IMG/VR virus record: IMGVR_UViG_3300037466_002758
Strand: one strand, 5' to 3'
DNA: 20,000 nt
From: an uncultured virus (IMG/VR IMGVR_UViG_3300037466_002758)
Taxonomy: Duplodnaviria; Heunggongvirae; Uroviricota; Caudoviricetes
Positions 1-6,837 of this stretch are shown here, in pieces (position 1 is the first letter of the stretch; every line of letters begins with the position of its first letter). Position numbers and translations under genes: made by a program. The notes beneath the pieces are model-generated. The model was not told the origin of the DNA, did no database searches, and saw only the letters and a program-made list of their open reading frames with translations.

Positions 1-2
1 TG

Positions 3-65
3 CACGAGCACGCGAGAAGCTGCGAGGCGTGTATTACTTTCGACGTCCTGCTGCGACTAAGATGA
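3..65 (+). CDS. 3' end of a gene starting outside the window (…HEHARSCEACITFDVLLRLR*)
   Basis: Frame 3 is open from the window edge to TGA 63-65, which overlaps ATG 62 (ATGA coupling as elsewhere). The C-terminus resembles those of 18822..19154 and 19151..19435. Confidence 0.4.
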   Translation, partial: HEHARSCEACITFDVLLRLR

Positions 66-280
66 TCGACTTTCTCATATTCATTTTCACGCGGCAGCGA
101 GCCAGCTATCACGACGGCATCGCGTGCACGAGTGATGACCCACGAACAAGGCGAACACGTGTCCGGCAGAAGTGGGAAGCCCGGAAGCTGCGCCGGCAAA
201 TCTCCGAGCCTAGGGTACCGATCGGCGCCCAAGTTGATTACGACCCACGCCACTACCAGTTCAAACGGAGGATGGATTGA
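62..280 (+). CDS. Hypothetical basic protein (72 aa)
   Basis: Part of ORF 29..280. ATG 62 preferred because of the ATGA overlap with the upstream stop. No recognisable motif. Confidence 0.5.
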   Translation: MIDFLIFIFTRQRASYHDGIACTSDDPRTRRTRVRQKWEARKLRRQISEPRVPIGAQVDYDPRHYQFKRRMD

Positions 281-298
281 ACTAGGCCGAAAAAGATG

Positions 299-327
299 TT
301 GACATGTAGCGAGCAGTAGACAACAAT
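299..327 (+). promoter_or_regulatory. Putative sigma70-type promoter upstream of the AAA+ ATPase gene
   Basis: TTGACA at 299-304, 17-nt spacer, AACAAT at 322-327 (4/6 match to TATAAT), preceded by an A-tract, in an intergenic gap. Confidence 0.45.
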
Positions 328-363
328 CCCTCACCACTTACTAACACACACGCAAAGGACATC

Positions 364-1416
364 ATGCGTTACAGCGACATTTCGACTGCCGTCCAGACCC
401 TCTTCGGCGAGACCAACCAGATCGTGCCCTTCACGATCGGCAAGCCTGGCGGCGGCAAGTCGTTCCTCAACCGCGAGATCGCGAAGGCCCTTTTCGCGGC
501 GCACGGCGAGGAGATGATCGAGTTCAACGCGGCCGACCCGCGCACCTGGGAAGTCGCCAACTATGTCGAGTTCAACGCGTCGCTGCGCGACCCGGTGGAC
601 ATCATGGGTACGCCCAACAACGACGGCGCCGTGACCGACTGGAAGCCGCCGCGCGAGATCTACTGCTTGCGCAAGGGCACCAAGGGCATCAAGGTGTTCA
701 ACCTGGAAGAGGTCTCGGACGCGACTGTGGCGATGCAGAACGCGCTGTGCGGGGTTATCTACGACCGGCGCGCCGGTCAGATGCAGCTCTCCGAGAAGCT
801 CTACATCCTGGCTTCCGGCAACCGCACCGAGGATAAGTCGGGTGCCAACCGGCTCACCAGCAAGTTCGCCAACCGCTGCGTCTTCTTCGACTTCCACGAG
901 AACGTCGACGACTGGAGCCAGTGGGCGCTCGAGAGTGGTGTCGACCACAGGCTCGTGCAGTTCATCCGCTTCCGGCCTAACCTTCTCTCGGACTTCGACC
1001 CGAATCGGCGAGCGAATCCGACGCCGAGGACCTGGGCCTGGGTGAGCAAGATCCCGCCCAAGCTGCCCACGGAGATTTACTTCGGCACGATCGCGGGGCT
1101 CGTGGGTGACGGTGCTGCCGCCGAGTACACCGGCTACCTCAAGGTGTACATGGACCTCCCGGATATCGAGGAGATCATCATGAAGCCGGCGACTACGAAG
1201 GTCCCGAAAGATCCGGCCACGCTCTACGCGCTGACGGGTGCCGTGGCGCACAAGCTGAGCAAGGACAACATCGACCGCGTGATGGAGTACGTCGAGCGCA
1301 TGCCCGCCGAGTTCCAGGTGATGTGCATGAAGGACGCGCTGCAGCTGAAGCCCGAGATCAAGGGCACGAAGGGCTTCGTCAAGTTCGCGGTGAAGAACAG
1401 CAACCTGATGATCTGA
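364..1416 (+). CDS. MoxR-like AAA+ ATPase (AAA_5-type), 350 aa
   Basis: Walker A GKPGGGKS, variant Walker B VFNLEE, sensor 1 ASGNR, Arg finger ANR, sensor 2 TPRTW. SD AAAGGA upstream; strongly G/C-ending codons. Confidence 0.9.
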   Translation: MRYSDISTAVQTLFGETNQIVPFTIGKPGGGKSFLNREIAKALFAAHGEEMIEFNAADPRTWEVANYVEFNASLRDPVDIMGTPNNDGAVTDWKPPREIYCLRKGTKGIKVFNLEEVSDATVAMQNALCGVIYDRRAGQMQLSEKLYILASGNRTEDKSGANRLTSKFANRCVFFDFHENVDDWSQWALESGVDHRLVQFIRFRPNLLSDFDPNRRANPTPRTWAWVSKIPPKLPTEIYFGTIAGLVGDGAAAEYTGYLKVYMDLPDIEEIIMKPATTKVPKDPATLYALTGAVAHKLSKDNIDRVMEYVERMPAEFQVMCMKDALQLKPEIKGTKGFVKFAVKNSNLMI

Positions 1417-1430
1417 GGAGCCAGGCGGCT

Positions 1431-1676
1431 GTGGCGGCTGGGTTGGTTTGGCGGAAAGAGGACGTTCACCACGCTGTGCACGGGGCTTTCTCTCAACGCG
1501 CCGGCGGTTTGGTGGGCGTAGCCAGGTTTAACCGTCAGTGGTTGGTCCTTGACCCCGGCATGCTCAGCTGGTGGTACGCGGTGCAGAACCCCGAGAAGCT
1601 CGCTCGACTAAAAGGTCATCGCCGTTATCCAACCAAGGAAGCTGCCATGGCTGCCTGCACGCTGATCTATGCGTGA
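1431..1676 (+). CDS. Small paralogue family 1, member A (81 aa)
   Basis: GTG 1431 after SD GAGGAG (1415-1420), in frame with ORF 1323..1676. Contains GVARFNRQWLVLDP and ends YPTKEAAMAACTLIYA. Confidence 0.75.
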   Translation: MAAGLVWRKEDVHHAVHGAFSQRAGGLVGVARFNRQWLVLDPGMLSWWYAVQNPEKLARLKGHRRYPTKEAAMAACTLIYA

Positions 1677-1905
1677 TGAATGGCTGGTTGCCACGAGCGG
1701 ATCCGCGTGGTGGCACAAAAAAGATCAAACTCTTAAACGTGGATGGAAGCAAGTCCCCGGCGTGTGGCCGGTTGGCAGCGCGTGGGCCGTCGTGGCTCCG
1801 AGCAAGGATAACTCCAGCGAAAATGAGTCATTCCCCGAGCTGGGCGAGGAGAGATACCCCACTCGAGAGGCTGCGATGTTTGCATGCGAGTTGATTTATG
1901 GCTAA
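1669..1905 (+). CDS. Small paralogue family 1, member B (78 aa)
   Basis: 8-nt ATGCGTGA overlap with member A. Contains GVWPVGSAWAVVAP and ends YPTREAAMFACELIYG. Confidence 0.8.
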   Translation: MRDEWLVATSGSAWWHKKDQTLKRGWKQVPGVWPVGSAWAVVAPSKDNSSENESFPELGEERYPTREAAMFACELIYG

Positions 1906-2122
1906 GCGTTGGGAAGACGTACCACAGCTAAATGGGGTGGATAGGTGTTACCTGCACGGAGAAGATCGGTTCTACATAAATGGATATACCGGTGGTGTCG
2001 TGCGGTCCGGCGACGTGTGGAAGATTATCCCTCCGGGCGTACCCGCTCATAGAGCTAAAGAGACTGGTGAGTTTCCCTCGAAGGAAGCAGCGATGTTTGC
2101 ATACGAGCTGATCTATGGCTAA
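1870..2122 (+). repeat. Imperfect 36-nt direct repeat (1870-1905 and 2087-2122) at the 3' ends of members B and C
   Basis: gctgcgatgtttgcatgcgagttgatttatggctaa vs gcagcgatgtttgcatacgagctgatctatggctaa: 32/36 identical. Confidence 0.9.
1898..2122 (+). CDS. Small paralogue family 1, member C (74 aa)
   Basis: 8-nt ATGGCTAA overlap with member B. Contains GVVRSGDVWKIIPP and ends GEFPSKEAAMFAYELIYG. Confidence 0.8.
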   Translation: MAKRWEDVPQLNGVDRCYLHGEDRFYINGYTGGVVRSGDVWKIIPPGVPAHRAKETGEFPSKEAAMFAYELIYG

Positions 2123-2148
2123 CGGATGCTGGACCCAACCTAAAGGAG

Positions 2149-2502
2149 ATGACGATGGCGGCAGTTCTGCAACAACATGGTGACAAACGCAGTGTCGCGA
2201 CCGACGCGACGGATTCCCTCGGGACAATCCACACCAAGCCCGAGCATCGCGATGCGATCCATCTCGCGGTCGAGCCAGTCGAGGCCGGCGAGACGCTGCA
2301 ACCGGGTGAGGAGATCAACATTGATAACGGCATCGCTGTGCGCGCGGAGCGCGGCTTCGGTCTCGGCATCGTGGATCCGTTCTTGCAGGTCCCATTCGTG
2401 GTGAAGGGTCAACGCTTCTGGTTCATCATGAAGCCTCGCCAGGTACACAGTCTGCGCCACGTCTGGACCCACCCCGCGTTCCCGGAGGTCGACGTCGCGT
2501 GA
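2149..2502 (+). CDS. Conserved phage hypothetical protein (RDAIHLAVEPV…GIVDPFL…SLRHVWTHP)
   Basis: SD AAGGAG; start at 2149 or 2155. Motifs recalled from a widespread phage hypothetical family. Confidence 0.8.
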   Translation: MTMAAVLQQHGDKRSVATDATDSLGTIHTKPEHRDAIHLAVEPVEAGETLQPGEEINIDNGIAVRAERGFGLGIVDPFLQVPFVVKGQRFWFIMKPRQVHSLRHVWTHPAFPEVDVA

Positions 2503-2915
2503 CGAGGCAACCCAAGTCGAGCGCGCTCGTGCGGTTCATCGACCACAAGACGAACTACAAGTGCGACACGTACGACATGACCTACGACGAGATACGCGCC
2601 AAGGCGCGGGAGCTCGGCTGGAAAGACCCCGAACCCCAGCCCCAGACTGAGGAAGAGATCGCCGAGGATGTCGCTGATCGCCTGCGTGGCGGACCGAAGC
2701 GCAAGATCCGCGAGTGGGCGGAGAGCATCGGCCTCTCGTACGAGGAAGTCATCCAGGGTGCGCACGGCTTCCTGGATCATGACGATTACATCAGCGAGGG
2801 TGGCCGGTTCGAGGGGGTAAGCCTACCGACGGACTTCTGGGATTGGTTCGAGCTCGCCACGGGGCGTCCGGTGCTGGCCAACGAGCGCGGTCACTTCTTC
2901 AGCTGTTCGTGCTGA
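2499..2915 (+). CDS. Conserved phage hypothetical protein ending FFSCSC (138 aa)
   Basis: GTGA overlap with the upstream gene; typical codon bias; C-terminal PTDFWDWFELATG…FSCSC. Confidence 0.8.
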   Translation: MTRQPKSSALVRFIDHKTNYKCDTYDMTYDEIRAKARELGWKDPEPQPQTEEEIAEDVADRLRGGPKRKIREWAESIGLSYEEVIQGAHGFLDHDDYISEGGRFEGVSLPTDFWDWFELATGRPVLANERGHFFSCSC

Positions 2916-2916
2916 C

Positions 2917-3189
2917 ATGAAATATAGACAACCGCCCAAGTGTGTACCGAGTGGCTGGGCCGTCGAATATGGCTACGAAGATCACCCCGATCTGGTCGAG
3001 CTGTGGTGGGAGGGTGCGCCGGATTCCTACCAGGAAGTTCCCGGTGTGATCAGCCCGGAGCCGCGTAAGTGGTATGTCGTACCCCCGCAAGATCGCTATG
3101 TTAGCGGTCACGGAATGGTGGATTCTGAGTGGGCGGAGTTCCCTACGTGGAAGGCCGCAGTGATGGCGATTAAACTCATTTACTCCTGA
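2917..3189 (+). CDS. Small paralogue family 1, member D (90 aa)
   Basis: Fills the gap exactly. Contains VPGVISPEPRKWYVVPP and ends EFPTWKAAVMAIKLIYS. Confidence 0.8.
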   Translation: MKYRQPPKCVPSGWAVEYGYEDHPDLVELWWEGAPDSYQEVPGVISPEPRKWYVVPPQDRYVSGHGMVDSEWAEFPTWKAAVMAIKLIYS

Positions 3190-3195
3190 GGATTC

Positions 3196-4086
3196 ATGAA
3201 TCTCCCACAACTGAACGAGAAGGCCATGAAGGTGAAGCTCACCATGAGAAGGGCGAATCTCACCCGCCGTGACGAGCAGGCCGAGATATACGTGCAGCAA
3301 CAGCTCGACGATCAGTCGCTCGTCGTGAATTCGAAACTCTTCCGCGACAAGACGAATCCGATCAACCAGATCATGACGGCGGTCTCGGAGGTGTACAGCT
3401 ATCATAAAGCGCACACGATCCCGTTCGTGGACAAGGGTCCGAGGCTTCTGCCCAACGAGATGTACTTCGAGTACACCGCCGCGATGCGTGAGCGGATCCA
3501 GCGCGTGGATGATCTCCTGGCCACGCACATGCCGATGTATGACCTCTACGTGAACCAGGACATCGCGTGGAGGTGCGAACAGGCGCGTCTCGGCAACAAG
3601 CAGGCCCGCGCGTCCGTTAGCGACTACCCAACGGCGGAAGAGTTCAGGAGCCGTATGGGGTTCGAGCTCAGGTTCGAACCTCTCCCGGACAAGTCACACT
3701 TCCTCTTCGACATCAACGAGGAAGATATGGCGGCGTTCGAGCATTCCATCCAGGAGCAGGCTGCGATTGCTCACAACCACCGCATCGTGCAGATGCTCGA
3801 GCCGCTCAAGCACCTGGCCGAGAAACTTGAGAAGCCCATCGGTACCGAGGGAAGCATCTTCCGCGATAGTGCGATCAAGAACATCAAGGAAGGCATCGCG
3901 AAGGCGAAGAAGCTCACCGTTGTGCCCACGCCCGAGCTGGAAGAGCTGATCCTCGAGCTCGAGCGTACGATCGAGACGTGGAGCGCCACCAAGGAGTGGC
4001 TGCGCGAAAGCCCCATCAATCGCGAAGCGGCAGCCAAGCAGCTCGGCCAGCTCGCCCAGAAGATGGGCTCGTTCATGGTGCAGTGA
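3196..4086 (+). CDS. DUF3150-like conserved phage protein (296 aa), usual companion of phage MoxR/vWA genes
   Basis: SD GAGG. Motifs TIPFVDKGPRLLP, DYPTAEEFRSRMGFELRFEPLPD and IFRDSAIKNI; helical C-terminus; lies between the AAA+ and vWA genes. The CDS is secure; the family label is by recall. Confidence 0.65.
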   Translation: MNLPQLNEKAMKVKLTMRRANLTRRDEQAEIYVQQQLDDQSLVVNSKLFRDKTNPINQIMTAVSEVYSYHKAHTIPFVDKGPRLLPNEMYFEYTAAMRERIQRVDDLLATHMPMYDLYVNQDIAWRCEQARLGNKQARASVSDYPTAEEFRSRMGFELRFEPLPDKSHFLFDINEEDMAAFEHSIQEQAAIAHNHRIVQMLEPLKHLAEKLEKPIGTEGSIFRDSAIKNIKEGIAKAKKLTVVPTPELEELILELERTIETWSATKEWLRESPINREAAAKQLGQLAQKMGSFMVQ

Positions 4087-4373
4087 TGAGCACAACGTAC
4101 GACAGCGACGGATTTCCGGTCATCGAGTGCCTGGACGATTGTAGACGTAACGGCATGCTGTATCGCCGGTGGAGCGACGGCACTAGGCAGTGGTTCGACG
4201 ATTACTGCGAGCCCGGCGATCTATTTCAATGCATAGAGTCGTACGAGCACAAGCGCGGCTGGTATGTCGTGGAATACGACAGTAGTATCCAAACCAACGA
4301 GCCTTTTCGCAGGGATGGGCCGTTTCCGACACTTGCGGCCGCGAAGTTCGCACACAAGTTGTTGCTTAGTTAG
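4086..4373 (+). CDS. Small paralogue family 1, member E (95 aa, most divergent)
   Basis: TGATG coupling at 4084-4088, in frame with ORF 3978..4373. Contains RGWYVVEY and ends GPFPTLAAAKFAHKLLLS. Confidence 0.72.
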   Translation: MSTTYDSDGFPVIECLDDCRRNGMLYRRWSDGTRQWFDDYCEPGDLFQCIESYEHKRGWYVVEYDSSIQTNEPFRRDGPFPTLAAAKFAHKLLLS

Positions 4374-4399
4374 TAACTTACTTACAACAAGGAGAGCAA

Positions 4400-5542
4400 T
4401 TGAACAAGTTTACCAAGCTCGAGAGGGCCAAGACGCAGTTGATCCTCGACCACCCGTTCGTCGCCTCGATCCTGGCCAGGCGCACGATGATCGCCCGCAA
4501 GGACATCCCCACGATGGGCATCGATAAACGTGGTCAGATCTACTACAACGAGGACTGGGTGGAGAACCTGTCCGTCCCGCAGCTGGTGTTCGCCCTGGCC
4601 CACGAGACGCTTCACGTCGCAATGCAGCACTTCAGCCGCGTGGGCGAGCGCAACAAGCAGAAGTGGAACATCGCCGGCGACGCGGTCATCAACGACACGC
4701 TCATCAACGCCAGCATCGGCGAGTTCATCACCGAGGGCGTGAACATGCCGGGCTCGAAGGACAAGTCCACCGAGGACGTCTACGCGTCGCTCCCCGACCC
4801 GCCCAATGGCGGCAAGGGGGCGAGCAAGGGCATCGGCGGGACTGGCGATGACCTGCTGGATGAGGGCAGTCCCATGAGCGACGCCGAGCAGAAGGAGATC
4901 GAGGCACGCGTGCGCGTGGAAGTGGCCGAGGCCATGCAGGCAGCCAAGGCCAGGGGGAAGCTCCCCGGTGTCCTCGAGAAATTCGCGACCGACATCATCA
5001 ACGTGAAGACGCCCTGGTACGACATCCTCGAGCGTTTCATGGTGAGCTTCACCGCCGGCGAGACTAGCTGGAAGCGGCCGAACCGCCGCTACAACCACTG
5101 CTACCTGCCGGCCGTGGGCAAGGTGGCGCGCATGGGCAAGATCGGGATGCTGACCGACATCTCAGGTTCGATCTCGCAGCCGGAAATCATGCACTACAAC
5201 GGGCACATGAAGCGGATTATCGAAATGTGCATGCCCGAGGGTGTGTACCTGGCCTACTGTGACACGAGTGTCCAGCACGAGGATGAGTACGGCAGTGAGG
5301 AGCTCGATGACGTCCAGGTCAAGTTCTACTCGGGTGGTGGTACGGACATGGTCGCGGGTCTCGACCACATGGCCGAGACGGGTCACGAGCTGGATGTCGT
5401 CGTGGTGCTGACCGACGGCTACACGCCCTTCCCCACGGGTAAGCACTATCCGTGGCCGGTGATCTGGTGCATCTCGAGCGACGTGACGGCGCCGGAGGAG
5501 TGCGGCGAGACGGTCCACTTCGAGATGGAACGGGTGCACTGA
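4400..5542 (+). CDS. DUF2201-type protein: N-terminal HEXXH putative metallopeptidase plus C-terminal vWA domain (380 aa)
   Basis: TTG start after SD AAGGAG. HETLH followed by WNIAGDAVIN; Gly-rich linker; SWKRPNRR; MIDAS residues DISGS…GGGT…TDG. Confidence 0.9.
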   Translation: MNKFTKLERAKTQLILDHPFVASILARRTMIARKDIPTMGIDKRGQIYYNEDWVENLSVPQLVFALAHETLHVAMQHFSRVGERNKQKWNIAGDAVINDTLINASIGEFITEGVNMPGSKDKSTEDVYASLPDPPNGGKGASKGIGGTGDDLLDEGSPMSDAEQKEIEARVRVEVAEAMQAAKARGKLPGVLEKFATDIINVKTPWYDILERFMVSFTAGETSWKRPNRRYNHCYLPAVGKVARMGKIGMLTDISGSISQPEIMHYNGHMKRIIEMCMPEGVYLAYCDTSVQHEDEYGSEELDDVQVKFYSGGGTDMVAGLDHMAETGHELDVVVVLTDGYTPFPTGKHYPWPVIWCISSDVTAPEECGETVHFEMERVH

Positions 5543-5672
5543 GATGAAGAACAAAACGAAAGGACGCGAGCCATGAAAGGCGGCGGACAAGACCATGCGC
5601 GTGAGCGCGAAGACGGGCGCCTGCTGGCCGAAGCCGAAGCACGCCTACTAGCGCCACCGAGGGAGACGCCAC

Positions 5673-5843
5673 ATGAGCGAGATTCTTACCGCCCCGGACA
5701 GGGGGCCGCCGCAGACGAATTGGCGCGATCAAGCCGCAAGACTAGAGCGCGAGTGCATCGAGTTGGCGACCGCTCTGCGGGACGTGCTGGCGGGGAAGCC
5801 GGTGCGCAATGCTGACGAACTGATCGCGCGGTTCCTCAAGTGA
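5673..5843 (+). CDS. Hypothetical protein (56 aa, MSEILTAPDRG…ELIARFLK)
   Basis: Translated by hand (below the ORF-track cutoff). SD GGGAG at 5661-5665; amphipathic-helix-like sequence. Confidence 0.6.
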   Translation: MSEILTAPDRGPPQTNWRDQAARLERECIELATALRDVLAGKPVRNADELIARFLK

Positions 5844-5851
5844 TTCTCAAC

Positions 5852-5932
5852 GGGGGAAAGCGTTGATGCCGACCGGATGTTGTCCGCGAGGAGTGCCGTG
5901 GCTGGCCAAGCCCTCGGCGCGAGTACCCCACC
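5852..5932 (+). ncRNA. Candidate structured RNA with a loop-E (bulged-G) motif
   Basis: Intergenic. GGGG(5852-55)/CCCC(5926-29) closes GAAA opposite GAGUA. Inner stem GCCGA(5868-72)/UCGGC(5914-18); hairpins CGGA/UCCG (5874-5886) and GGCU/AGCC (5900-5912). Folded by eye. Confidence 0.5.
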
Positions 5933-5957
5933 TCATCTGCCTCACGAAAGGGCCGAA

Positions 5958-6149
5958 GTGAAAGCTGAAATCAGGCGAAACGGGACATTCGACGGCAAGC
6001 CCGCTTACGTGCTCAACCTGACTGGCGAAAACGATCTTGAGGCCATCGCTATCCAGGCGTGGATGGAGCAGCAGCGCGAGGACCTGAGCGCAGGTAATTC
6101 GATGCCACTCCGCAACATCCACGCGCGCCCTCTCATCATCGATAAGTAG
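5958..6149 (+). CDS. Hypothetical protein (63 aa)
   Basis: GTG 5958 after AAAGGG, in frame with ORF 5877..6149. Confidence 0.6.
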   Translation: MKAEIRRNGTFDGKPAYVLNLTGENDLEAIAIQAWMEQQREDLSAGNSMPLRNIHARPLIIDK

Positions 6150-6160
6150 CGCCACATCAC

Positions 6161-6637
6161 ATGAAAGCAACCGCCATGCACGACACGCACGCGCTGACGC
6201 CGGATGAAGTGGCAGCGATGCCGCTTTGGCAGCGCATTTGCTTCGCCATCCACCCGTTCAATGCCTTCGGGCGAGCCAGCTTCAAGACCGTTGACGAATG
6301 GGCTGAGTGGGCGGCCAGTCTCGGCGAGGTTGGCGCCGGACTGGTGGCGGATAGGGTGCTGGCCGAAGTGGATCGCGCCCTCTCCGATGAACGCAAGGCG
6401 CGCGAACTCGCCGCCGAGAAGCAACGCAAGGATGCCGCTCTGGCGCGCGCCAATGCCGCCGAACAGGCGCGGCTCAAGGCCGAGCGGAAGACCAAGCGGA
6501 TCGAGAAGCGCATCCACGCGGGCGTCTGTCCCTGCTGCAACCGGACATTCCAGAACCTCGCGCGCCACATGAATACGAAGCACCCCGACGAGGCCAGCAA
6601 CGTCCTGCGCATCGGCGCGCTGCCTCTTCCGAAGTAG
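6161..6637 (+). CDS. Coiled-coil protein with a C-terminal C2H2-like zinc finger (158 aa)
   Basis: Ala/Arg/Glu/Lys-rich heptads followed by GVCPCCNRTFQNLARHMNTKHP. Confidence 0.8.
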   Translation: MKATAMHDTHALTPDEVAAMPLWQRICFAIHPFNAFGRASFKTVDEWAEWAASLGEVGAGLVADRVLAEVDRALSDERKARELAAEKQRKDAALARANAAEQARLKAERKTKRIEKRIHAGVCPCCNRTFQNLARHMNTKHPDEASNVLRIGALPLPK

Positions 6638-6660
6638 CGCCTCACGAAAAGGGGCAAGTC

Positions 6661-6837
6661 ATGACCAACGAACAAGCGGACCTCATCAACGATTTGCGAG
6701 ACCGCCTGGCGCGACAGCATGCCTACTACCGCGCGCTCGACCTCGATGCGGACCCCGAGGACTACCGCGACATCCTCGCGGCGATCAAGCACACCGAGAG
6801 CGAACTGGCCGAAGCCGAGCGCCGTTCGCGGACCTAA
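6661..6837 (+). CDS. Hypothetical helical protein (58 aa, MTNEQADLINDLRDRL…)
   Basis: Translated by hand. SD AAGGGG; its TAA abuts the next ATG at 6838. Confidence 0.7.
   Translation: MTNEQADLINDLRDRLARQHAYYRALDLDADPEDYRDILAAIKHTESELAEAERRSRT

Noticed and set aside
331..1251. Long minus-strand ORFs (e.g. 331..1251, 4382..5098, 6157..7053, 15832..16527)
   Set aside because: Antisense shadows of strongly G/C-ending + strand genes; no motifs, and the + strand is already fully tiled.
1621..2122. Roughly 220-nt periodic repeats as a CRISPR array or DGR template/variable repeats
   Set aside because: The repeats are degenerate coding gene ends, the spacing is far too long for CRISPR, mismatches are not adenine-specific, and there is no reverse transcriptase in the window.
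5852..5932. tRNA gene (also considered for 7263-7327)
   Set aside because: A stem followed by ACC is present, but there is no TTCRA T-loop, D-loop or 7-nt anticodon loop.
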